A stretch of DNA of 64,000 nucleotides from a virus (taxonomy: Duplodnaviria; Caudoviricetes): the IMG/VR virus record IMGVR_UViG_3300028048_000112, positions 24,956-88,955 of that record. One strand, 5' to 3'. Below the pieces are notes generated by a model. That model was not told the origin of the DNA and made no database searches. It saw nothing but the letters and a program-made list of their open reading frames with translations. The position numbers and the translations under genes were made by a program. Positions 6,862-15,477 of the stretch are shown piece after piece. Position 1 is the first letter of the stretch, and every line of letters starts with the position of its first letter.

Positions 6862-9078
6862 TTATGCCCAAGCGAAAGATTGTTTGAATAATGAATGAGG
6901 ATCATTAGAAGTATCACGTTTTTCAATAACTTCAGCTTCTTTTTTCTCAGGTTCATCATCATCGAATACATAAGTTCCATCATCTCTGGTTTTACCATAT
7001 TCTGGAGCATCATTAATGTATTCATCAGCAATCTTATCTACAATAATGTCTTCTTCTTTAATCTTAGGAGAAGCATCATAATTTGTTAAATAATCCTCTG
7101 CTCCATAAGAAGTCTCTTCAGTTTCGAAACCACTTTGACCAAGAGCATTATCCATAGCAAGTTTAATTCTGTTTGTTACATGGGCATTATCTCTATCCCT
7201 ATTTCTTAAATCTTTTTCTATAGATTTGAGTTTACCTCTATCGCCAAATACGTAATCCATCATAGCTCTATCAGAACCTCCATAAGCATAATTATTTAAT
7301 TCATCCAATTCTTCTGTAGTATAATTTCCGTCGAGATTAGAATTGAAATAAATCAAATCCATATATTTACTCTTAGATTTACAATACATAATGAACCATC
7401 TACAGTAAAGATATGCTATAAGAAGGTCATCGTGTCCACCGTTTTGTTTATGATCTATACGGCCATTTTTATCGGTAATCAAACCTGCAATTTCGTCAAT
7501 AATTGTTTTATCATGTATCTTATTACCATGCTCAAAGATAGACACACGGATTACATCTCCATACATCAACTTACGCAAATTATGAACCATAGATACACCA
7601 AGACGTTCATCTTTTTCATCTTTGTATATTCTAGATTGACTCATATTTTCTGCAATAATTTCTGTTACAGGCAAACCAGTGTAGTTTCTTTCTGGAATAA
7701 GTACACTCTTTGGAAACAAATATGTTAAAATATATGCAACTGCTCTACCAAAACGTATAATAGAGAACTGATTACATCTCATAGTGAATACAACTTCAGA
7801 ATTAGTAACATCTACACCAACTAATGTAGAAAAGTCTCGTCTATTATTACCAGAACAGTCCATACCAAACACAATGTGATGTGATTGTGAACGTAATAGA
7901 TCGGGATCTCTATAGAACTTACAAACATAAATTCTATCAACCATGATAATACGTACTGGATCCATACCAGTTTTCATAAGTTCTTGAATACGTTCCTGAC
8001 CCAATGGGTGGTCACTATTAGAATCTGTCCAATGGTTAAGAATACCACGTTCAAATTCATCCATACCAGCCATTTCACGTCTTTGTTCTTCAAGATATGT
8101 TTCTGGTTTACCCAACTCATACCATTGGTACTCAATTCTTAAAAAGAATTTACCATGGTTATTATTCTGAATATATTCTTGAACAGCATCTTTATCTATA
8201 CCAATATAATTACCATACTGATCGGTTACAGCGCAATCGTAAAGGAGTTCTGTAAATGGTGCACAATCATTGAAAAACTGATATGCCCATCCACCGCTTT
8301 TAGATTTTTTATTAGCAGCAGTAGTGGTAATAATAATATGGTGATGAGATCCATTACGTTCTGCAGCTTTTGAAACTGTAGAATATGCAGGAATAGCAGC
8401 ACCATACTGTACCCAAATATATGGAATAAAAGCAAACTCATCATACCATTGACCCATAGTAGAAGCACCACGACCTACATTGTTTGCAGATTCTTCATTA
8501 TTGCCTGGACTACGAGTAGTAATAGTATTAGAATATTCACCTGTTCTATAAATAATCGAATGTACGTTATCTGTATCTAAATTGGATTTTAGATTAAGAT
8601 ATGACGGAAGCGATTCTCTAACATCTTTTACACGAGATAAATTCTGTGTTACAAGAGTATCATTCTGTGCAAAAAATGCAGCATTAAAGTTTTTAGCTCC
8701 CCAATATATAATCCAAGAATAAAAACAAGCAACTGTATAAGATTTATAACACTGACGAGGAATAACTACATATGAGTGCAAGTCATTTATCAATGTCCAT
8801 AAAATTGCCAATGTTGCTCTAGTTAATTCAAAATCCAGTTTAATATCAGTCATTGGAATTTTGACTATTTCTCGGAAATAATACCAAGGATTTTTACTTA
8901 TTTCTATATGAACTCTAAGTTTTTGTTCGTTTGTTAAAGAATCTTCGTCTAATGGATCAATATCTAACAAAGTTTCATCATAAAGCTGTAAAAAGAATGT
9001 ATTATTTTTAATTCCCATTTCTTTGAGAATATAATGCATTCTTAAGAACGAAACGTTCTTTGTATTGTATTGTAGCAT
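6862..9078 (-). CDS. terL: Terminase large subunit
   Basis: PRQCYKS Walker A-like, QWYDEFAF Walker B, ITTTA coupling motif, RNase H-like FGMDCSG / IPERN / HDDLLIA. Confidence 0.9.
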   Translation of the reverse strand: MLQYNTKNVSFLRMHYILKEMGIKNNTFFLQLYDETLLDIDPLDEDSLTNEQKLRVHIEISKNPWYYFREIVKIPMTDIKLDFELTRATLAILWTLINDLHSYVVIPRQCYKSYTVACFYSWIIYWGAKNFNAAFFAQNDTLVTQNLSRVKDVRESLPSYLNLKSNLDTDNVHSIIYRTGEYSNTITTRSPGNNEESANNVGRGASTMGQWYDEFAFIPYIWVQYGAAIPAYSTVSKAAERNGSHHHIIITTTAANKKSKSGGWAYQFFNDCAPFTELLYDCAVTDQYGNYIGIDKDAVQEYIQNNNHGKFFLRIEYQWYELGKPETYLEEQRREMAGMDEFERGILNHWTDSNSDHPLGQERIQELMKTGMDPVRIIMVDRIYVCKFYRDPDLLRSQSHHIVFGMDCSGNNRRDFSTLVGVDVTNSEVVFTMRCNQFSIIRFGRAVAYILTYLFPKSVLIPERNYTGLPVTEIIAENMSQSRIYKDEKDERLGVSMVHNLRKLMYGDVIRVSIFEHGNKIHDKTIIDEIAGLITDKNGRIDHKQNGGHDDLLIAYLYCRWFIMYCKSKSKYMDLIYFNSNLDGNYTTEELDELNNYAYGGSDRAMMDYVFGDRGKLKSIEKDLRNRDRDNAHVTNRIKLAMDNALGQSGFETEETSYGAEDYLTNYDASPKIKEEDIIVDKIADEYINDAPEYGKTRDDGTYVFDDDEPEKKEAEVIEKRDTSNDPHSLFKQSFAWA

Positions 9079-9114
9079 ATATAGAATAGTTTTATATTAT
9101 AAAGTAAACGTATC

Positions 9115-9127
9115 ACATTTTTATATA
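9115..9127 (+). promoter_or_regulatory. Late-type promoter motif
   Basis: ACATTTTTATATA upstream of 9148. Confidence 0.6.
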
Positions 9128-9147
9128 ATTTGTATGAGGTTTGATTT

Positions 9148-9966
9148 ATGCCAGCATTAAATTACGATAATTTTATGCAACCTATGAAAGGACAGGCTGC
9201 ATTTTCTCTAAGAGGCAAACTTGAAGAATATAAAAAACTTTATTTCGAATTATATGCTAAAGAATTATTAGTTTCTTGTGTATATAATAAACGATATGAT
9301 AGATTCACTTTCTTTTTCAAACTTCCTAGTGCAGAAAATGATAAATATCCTACTGCAATTATGTACGATATTGTCATCGAGTTTGATCCGAATAAAAAAC
9401 TAAAGGACGCTTTGAAAAATTCTGCATCTATTAAGGATTATGATATTTATATTTATTCTAATTCTCCTAGTTTTGTGTTTACATTTGATTATGTAGTAAA
9501 ACACAGATATGGATTCCCACATTGTATACCATATAGTCATTTGAGCAAAGTTGCTGTAACCCAAGCCCCTGAAATAAGAAATACGTTTGAATTAATGACT
9601 GTTGAGAAAACAACTTGGATGTGTTTCTATCATTTGGTCTATAATGGGTATATAAATAATAAAGAATTAGCTAAATCTCTTTCTATTCCTGGAAAAGATG
9701 AAAGTTTCTATATGAGACGTGTAGAAACTCAACCAAGAAAGCTGAAAGAGATAAAAGAACTTCACGAGATGATGAAAGAAGCAAAAGCTAAACAAAAAGC
9801 CGAAAAAAATAAAGGATTAGTAAAAGATTATGCTAAGCAACCTAATCCTATGGCTTATTCTTTCAAAATGACAGATCGTAAAGAAAGATCATTAATGAAG
9901 TTTAATGATAAAAATAATTTTAAAAAGACTATGCATCAAGGATTTAGATTTGGAGGAAAGAAATAA
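9148..9966 (+). CDS. Hypothetical (probably virion/morphogenesis) protein
   Basis: 272 aa, GAGGT SD, late motif, located between terminase and tail sheath. Confidence 0.8.
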   Translation: MPALNYDNFMQPMKGQAAFSLRGKLEEYKKLYFELYAKELLVSCVYNKRYDRFTFFFKLPSAENDKYPTAIMYDIVIEFDPNKKLKDALKNSASIKDYDIYIYSNSPSFVFTFDYVVKHRYGFPHCIPYSHLSKVAVTQAPEIRNTFELMTVEKTTWMCFYHLVYNGYINNKELAKSLSIPGKDESFYMRRVETQPRKLKEIKELHEMMKEAKAKQKAEKNKGLVKDYAKQPNPMAYSFKMTDRKERSLMKFNDKNNFKKTMHQGFRFGGKK

Positions 9967-10796
9967 TGCTTGAAAATATTATTGATGATAACGAAAACGC
10001 TGTAGAAATGGCTACAAGCGAAACACAACAAACCGAAATAGCCAATCAGGCTATTCAGGAGTACATAGATGCTATACGCTCTCAAGCAGAATCTTGTATA
10101 AGAAAACCTGTAGAAGATGATTATTTTGAATCGTTTGCTAATGGATTTTTAAAAATACCTGCTGAAGAGTTCTATGATTCTGCATATATTACAGATGATA
10201 AACTATCAAGAAATGATAAAGATTACATGACGATGTTTCTTGACGCAATGAATTACACATTCGAAATGAATTTCGGTATAAAATTGCTTGAACCTACATC
10301 TGGTATGCTTTATTCATTATATAAGATATTTATTACGAATTTCTCAGACTTTTTCTTGAATTATATATGCGGATTACAGAAACTTGATAGTTTGTACGAA
10401 GAAGATATTCCTAACTGGGAAGAACTTTCTTTCGAAAACTATAAAAAAATAACGGGAGTAACAACCCCCGCTATTTCTTATAATCTTGTAAATTCATACA
10501 TAGATCACATAATCGAAAATGGCATTATAGCCGAAAGTTATTTCGATATATGTGATCTAGAATCATCAGGTAACGACGATTTGACGTATCTCATGGTAGA
10601 AACAGCCAATTACAGGGTCCAGTATGATAATGAATTCTTCAGGATTAAACTCGGAAAAATTCTTTCTACGAATGTAATACGCGATTCTATCGTTAATAAA
10701 CTCGTAGATATACTTGCGCCCAATGAATCCGATGGAAACGTTTCTACTGCTTCCCCCGAACTTCTCGACGTAGACGTCACAGAGCATGTCGACTAA
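9966..10796 (+). CDS. Hypothetical acidic protein
   Basis: 276 aa, TAATG stop/start overlap with the previous gene, GGAGG SD. Confidence 0.8.
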   Translation: MLENIIDDNENAVEMATSETQQTEIANQAIQEYIDAIRSQAESCIRKPVEDDYFESFANGFLKIPAEEFYDSAYITDDKLSRNDKDYMTMFLDAMNYTFEMNFGIKLLEPTSGMLYSLYKIFITNFSDFFLNYICGLQKLDSLYEEDIPNWEELSFENYKKITGVTTPAISYNLVNSYIDHIIENGIIAESYFDICDLESSGNDDLTYLMVETANYRVQYDNEFFRIKLGKILSTNVIRDSIVNKLVDILAPNESDGNVSTASPELLDVDVTEHVD

Positions 10797-11435
10797 TTGG
10801 TCTCTAAGCTCTTCAACGAACGGAATGATTTCAGCTTTATGCTGTTTAACAAGCTTTCTAACTTTTCTGTTATAAGCTCTTACATTCTTTACAAGGCTCG
10901 ACATGTTCGGGCTTTGTATATTTTGCTTTATAGCTACTACTGCTTTATCACCACCATTGTATGCATAAAATGCATACGCATCACCATGTCTTTTATATAG
11001 ATCGTGATAATAATTAATGGTCATTACCATATAATAGCAATATACCGAAGTGATTTTAGATTCATCTTTCGGCTTAAAAGCATTTACAAACCGTTTGTTT
11101 TTAAGATTTGAAGAATTCAGTTGAGATGGTCCTAAGTCAACAGAACCATTCTTATTAACATGACGAAATGCTGTAAAATTAGCACTTTCGTGAACCATTA
11201 TTGAATAGAAATTCAAACGAATTTCCGGAAAGTCTTTAGTGTAATAAAGAAAAGCTTCAGCATATTCTTCAGGTATAACACTTCTGTAATATTCCTCTTC
11301 AAATTCTATGTCAGATTTGATCTGATAAGAGATACAATAAAGATCATTTCTGACTCTCTCTGGTACGCCTGATGAAGCGAAAAGATTGCTGATTGTCATG
11401 AAAGAGACAATCAGTACCAAAATTAAGTTTTTCAT
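10566..11435 (-). CDS. Lytic transglycosylase (SLT/lysozyme-like) with N-terminal signal peptide
   Basis: IMVHES catalytic Glu, NKNGSVDLGPSQLNS (GxxQ), AYNGG motif; signal-like MKNLILVLIVSFMTISNLFA. Confidence 0.85.
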   Translation of the reverse strand: MKNLILVLIVSFMTISNLFASSGVPERVRNDLYCISYQIKSDIEFEEEYYRSVIPEEYAEAFLYYTKDFPEIRLNFYSIMVHESANFTAFRHVNKNGSVDLGPSQLNSSNLKNKRFVNAFKPKDESKITSVYCYYMVMTINYYHDLYKRHGDAYAFYAYNGGDKAVVAIKQNIQSPNMSSLVKNVRAYNRKVRKLVKQHKAEIIPFVEELRDQLVDMLCDVYVEKFGGSSRNVSIGFIGRKYIYEFINDRIAYYIRRKNFSEFNPEEFIIILDPVIGCFYHEIRQIVVT

Positions 11436-11509
11436 TTCATTTCCCTCATAAAATTGATGTATATTAGCTTTGTTTGGTGTAATTTAACACTAAACAAACC
11501 CCTCACAGT

Positions 11510-11521
11510 TATAATATATAA
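11510..11521 (-). promoter_or_regulatory. Early-type promoter upstream of the transglycosylase
   Basis: Exact TTATATATTATA. Confidence 0.7.
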
Positions 11522-11537
11522 ATAAAAAAATTAAAAT

Positions 11538-11560
11538 AGGGCATGCATAAAGCATGCCCT
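11538..11560 (-). terminator. Intrinsic terminator
   Basis: AGGGCATGC-ATAAA-GCATGCCCT with T-tract on the minus strand. Confidence 0.75.
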
Positions 11561-11641
11561 CTCATTTATTATTCATCATTCCTCCTGTATATTTTTATTT
11601 TTACTGAACACAATTATGTATTTACTGAATACATTTATACA

Positions 11642-11836
11642 TTAGCATCCCAGAAACGCATACATTTCTGGTTGAGCTAACCTATGTTCAGACGAACCGA
11701 GCATAACCCCATCAAATGGGCTAAACCCGGTTCGTTTGACAAACTCAGAATATGACAGCAAATCATATCCCGAGGTCAAACCACCATTCTCGTCTGCTAC
11801 TGGGTAGTAGTAACGAAAAACTTTAGGTTCGGTCAT
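11642..11836 (-). CDS. Small early hypothetical protein (64 aa)
   Basis: AGGAGGTG SD, long 5' hairpin and early promoter upstream. Confidence 0.75.
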   Translation of the reverse strand: MTEPKVFRYYYPVADENGGLTSGYDLLSYSEFVKRTGFSPFDGVMLGSSEHRLAQPEMYAFLGC

Positions 11837-11909
11837 TTCGCCTCACCTCCTTGTAAAGACGAGATTAAGGAAGAGTGGGGGCGACCACTCTTCCTTTTCT
11901 TTACAATAT

Positions 11910-11921
11910 TATAATATACAA
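11910..11921 (-). promoter_or_regulatory. Early-type promoter (1 mismatch)
   Basis: TTGTATATTATA. Confidence 0.65.
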
Positions 11922-12017
11922 TTGAATACTCCGTTTTACCAGAAAGAAGGGTTAAACCCTTCTTTTATTTTATTTTCTATATAACAATAAAATTATCTTC
12001 AAAAACCAGTTTTTCAA

Positions 12018-12030
12018 ACATTATAATATA
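12018..12030 (+). promoter_or_regulatory. Late-type promoter motif (tail sheath operon)
   Basis: AACATTATAATATA. Confidence 0.65.
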
Positions 12031-12121
12031 TTTAATGATCGAATATCACGCCGATATTTCATAGAAATTTCAGGCGGATAAATTGAATATTCAATATAAA
12101 ACCTAGCTAGGAGGAATCACT

Positions 12122-14218
12122 ATGGCTATAGAAGACAGTGGTTTCGGCATTAGTAGCATTCAAGTTGTTGACAACTCTATTGCTACCGTTGCTGCTACAA
12201 CCGCTCTTAACATTCTTCCTTCACTTCATCCTGTTTTCTCATCCGACGGTAAAGACAACAAGATTTGTGAAATGAAGAATTTCAATAGTGTATTATCAAA
12301 CTATGGCTCAGATTTCGCCGACATTAACACATTTGGTCAGCAGAATTTGAACGTACAGCAGGTATTCGATGCTGGTGGATCTGGTTATATCTGCCGTCTT
12401 ATGCCAGCTGACGCAACTTATGCTCATGCCGTTATTAAAGTCGGTGTACGTAAAGCCGATAACATCCCTGTTTATAAAAGAGATGGATTTGGTGAATACA
12501 TTCTTGATGAAAATGGAAACAAAGTTCAACTTACTGCAAAACATTCAGAGACTGTAACCGTTGCTGGTCCTGATGGTGTTGATACTGAGCAGATTGTAGA
12601 AACTGAAGTTCCTGTAACTATGTCAGGTTTGGAACTTAAAGTTTTTGTCGATCATGCTACAAACGAAGAGCTTGCAAAGTATCCTTCACATCGCGCATTG
12701 ACAACATTCTTTGAACGTAGTGGCACTGATGCTGATGGATATTTCGTAGTTCCTATGGCATTTGTACGTTATTATGCACGTGGTAAATGTGGTGGAAATT
12801 ATGGTGTACGCATCATCAATGACTTCTTGAGAGATTCTAAAGTTAATGATGGTCGTCGTTATCAGATCTTCCTCGGTAAAAAGACTTCAGCTGGTGTAGA
12901 AATTCTTTCAATCGGCAATGGATTGTCATTCTCTTTCAATCCAAAAGCTCAGATTTCTAAAACAATCAGCACTATTGAATCATTGCAGAAGATTTATCAG
13001 AACAACGATGAAAGTCTTCAGGAAAAGCAGATTCAGATTGAACACTATATAAACAACTATGACAAATTGATGGCAAAGATTGGTGAAATCTTGTCTGAGG
13101 ACGATAACCTTACTGAAGGTATCGATCCTGATTACGAACTTCGTCTTCCTGCAAGTGCTGAAGACGTAGACTTCTTTAATGGTTATGATAAAGAAGGCTA
13201 TAGGTTCGATAACATTACTGTTGATGCAGATAGTGTTAACTTTAGCAATTATCAGTTCCTTCAGGGTGGTACTGATGGTGAATTCGAAGGTAAAACTGGT
13301 GATGAACTCGAAGCATTGAGAAATTCTATGCTTAAGTCATTCTTTAGTGGAGATGTTGATACAAACACCTTCATGAATGTTCTTAAGTGCGATGCTGGAA
13401 TCATGTATGACGCAAACTATCCGTTGGATGTTAAACAGGCTATGGCCGGTGTTATTAACTATCGTCGTGATATTTGTGCTATTTTTGACTGTGGTTTCAC
13501 AGAAAATCTCGAAGAAGCAGTTGCTGTTGCTAAGTCTATCAGAACATTTGCTGAATCTATGGATGGTGGCGAAAACTTCGCTATTTGTCCTCACTGTGGT
13601 GTAACTGCTGACCGTATTATTAACGTACGTGTTACAGGTACATACGAAATGGCTTATGGTATTCATAGACTTTATCGTGTTTCACCATTTGCTATTTATG
13701 CTGGTCAGCAGAATGGCGATGCTGGTTGTGTACGTAAGACAATTTTTGACTGGGTAGTTGAGGAAACGAAGCCTCGTGGATATCAAGAAAAACTTGCTAA
13801 ACAGAATAACCTCTATTGGGCAGTTGATCTTGGTAAAGCTCTCAGCACTCCTGCACAGGGTAACTACACAGGTAGAAATGTATACTTCTACAGCAATTCT
13901 TCTCTTTATACTGAGAAGATCAGTAAATTGGCAGAATTCCGTAATGGTATTCTTGTTAATGACCTTCGTCGTGTTGTTAAACTTATCCTTGTCAAATACA
14001 CATTTGATAATGATGGTGCTGACGCTGCAATTCAGAAAGCTACATCTGAGCTCTCATCTAAGCTTTCTTCAAGGTATCCATCAAATGTTACTATTAACTA
14101 TAACTTGTACCAGAGCGAACGCGATAAGCTTTTGAATATGGCTACATGTGAGTTGAAAGTAACGTTCCCTGACATTTTCGAAACGTGGACATGTTACATC
14201 TACGTAGAGAGAGCTTAA
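12122..14218 (+). CDS. Tail sheath protein
   Basis: 698 aa; LQGGTDG and MYDANYP...KQAM...RRDICAIFD sheath motifs; C-terminal YIYVER; directly precedes the tube gene. Confidence 0.88.
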   Translation: MAIEDSGFGISSIQVVDNSIATVAATTALNILPSLHPVFSSDGKDNKICEMKNFNSVLSNYGSDFADINTFGQQNLNVQQVFDAGGSGYICRLMPADATYAHAVIKVGVRKADNIPVYKRDGFGEYILDENGNKVQLTAKHSETVTVAGPDGVDTEQIVETEVPVTMSGLELKVFVDHATNEELAKYPSHRALTTFFERSGTDADGYFVVPMAFVRYYARGKCGGNYGVRIINDFLRDSKVNDGRRYQIFLGKKTSAGVEILSIGNGLSFSFNPKAQISKTISTIESLQKIYQNNDESLQEKQIQIEHYINNYDKLMAKIGEILSEDDNLTEGIDPDYELRLPASAEDVDFFNGYDKEGYRFDNITVDADSVNFSNYQFLQGGTDGEFEGKTGDELEALRNSMLKSFFSGDVDTNTFMNVLKCDAGIMYDANYPLDVKQAMAGVINYRRDICAIFDCGFTENLEEAVAVAKSIRTFAESMDGGENFAICPHCGVTADRIINVRVTGTYEMAYGIHRLYRVSPFAIYAGQQNGDAGCVRKTIFDWVVEETKPRGYQEKLAKQNNLYWAVDLGKALSTPAQGNYTGRNVYFYSNSSLYTEKISKLAEFRNGILVNDLRRVVKLILVKYTFDNDGADAAIQKATSELSSKLSSRYPSNVTINYNLYQSERDKLLNMATCELKVTFPDIFETWTCYIYVERA

Positions 14219-14233
14219 AGGAGTTTTTAGCAT

Positions 14234-15370
14234 ATGAGTTACGTTCCTCCAACACTGAAATCTTATGAAGGTATAAGTATTGCTGATCCTAACGGTGCCG
14301 GATACGGTATTGGTGGCATCAATGGTATGCACCATAACGATCCGGGTTGGGATAACACCACCGTAGGTATGGCATCTTCTGTATTCGATAACCTTTTGTC
14401 TCAGAATGGTGTTCGTACTAACGATCCAAACTATATTGGTGCTCTTGAACCTATTCGTTCTGGTCGCTTTATTGTAAAGTGGCTTAAACTCCCTACATTC
14501 TTCTCACCAACTGCAGCAAAGTATCTCAAGTTCTTCTTGGAAAATGCTGTACGTCAGGTTTCAGGTGTTACAGATAGCCAGATTGCTGAAGCTGGTTCAG
14601 TAACATTCGGTGCAAACGGACAGGAAATGTCCTTCCCAGGAAACCTCAAAGAGAATAACAAGAACGTTACACTTACTACTATTACCTGTACTGGTGATGG
14701 TCTTGGTAAGCTTATGCGTTATTGGATGTATGGTATAACCGACCCTCAGACAAACGTACACCACATGTACGGAAAAGACCTTCGCTTCATTCGTCCCAAT
14801 TACTGCGGTACACTTATGTATATCTTCATGGGACCAACTTGTCGTCCTGGAGATATTGAGTATGCCTGTATTTGGCATGAAGTATGGCCTACGTCTGGTG
14901 ATGGTAAAGGTAAATGGGAATCAAATGAAATTGGTTCTGATACTGCTGTAGGTGAACAGACTGTAGAACTTTCTGGTATTTTCCAGGATGGTCCTGAAGT
15001 CAATATCTTGGCAAAGTATATCGTTGCTGGTACTGGTCTTGCTGGTCAGTCTTACTTTGATCAGATGCTTCCTGCTTATATGTATAATGAATACATCAAT
15101 AAGCTTCAGTCACCTTCTAACGATGATTCAGAATTCATGTCATCCTTCTCATTGGCTCAGTCTCAGAAAATGGGTGCAGCCAACGTTGGTGCTGTTTATG
15201 GTGCGACTGATGGCGATGGTGCTAAGAAGATCAGAAACGATATCACAGGAAAATATGGTATTGATGCTGCTAACTTGCCATCTGCTTCTTTCGACGCAAC
15301 TAAGATGGTAGCAGAAATTAACGAATTTGGTGTAAACAAGTTCGAAGATCCTACTTCTTCAAAAAAGTAA
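14234..15370 (+). CDS. Tail tube protein
   Basis: Follows the sheath; LEPIRSGRFIVKW...YWMYGITDP...IEYACIWHEVWPT tube-like pattern. Confidence 0.8.
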   Translation: MSYVPPTLKSYEGISIADPNGAGYGIGGINGMHHNDPGWDNTTVGMASSVFDNLLSQNGVRTNDPNYIGALEPIRSGRFIVKWLKLPTFFSPTAAKYLKFFLENAVRQVSGVTDSQIAEAGSVTFGANGQEMSFPGNLKENNKNVTLTTITCTGDGLGKLMRYWMYGITDPQTNVHHMYGKDLRFIRPNYCGTLMYIFMGPTCRPGDIEYACIWHEVWPTSGDGKGKWESNEIGSDTAVGEQTVELSGIFQDGPEVNILAKYIVAGTGLAGQSYFDQMLPAYMYNEYINKLQSPSNDDSEFMSSFSLAQSQKMGAANVGAVYGATDGDGAKKIRNDITGKYGIDAANLPSASFDATKMVAEINEFGVNKFEDPTSSKK

Positions 15371-15390
15371 ATTGAGTTTATGATTTTTTT

Positions 15391-15418
15391 TACACCCAGG
15401 ATTTATTCCTGGGTGTTT
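15391..15418 (+). terminator. Intrinsic terminator after sheath/tube
   Basis: ACACCCAGGA-TTTAT-TCCTGGGTGT followed by TTT. Confidence 0.85.
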
Positions 15419-15444
15419 TATATTGATTTATATGGTGAAAATCG

Positions 15445-15457
15445 ACATTTTTATATA
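15445..15457 (+). promoter_or_regulatory. Late-type promoter motif
   Basis: ACATTTTTATATA upstream of 15478. Confidence 0.6.
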
Positions 15458-15477
15458 CTTAATAGAGGGTTATTTAT

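Noticed and set aside
6862-9078. Intein or intron in the terminase or RNAP genes
   Set aside because: No C/S...HN intein ends or LAGLIDADG/HNH motifs; both ORFs are uninterrupted.
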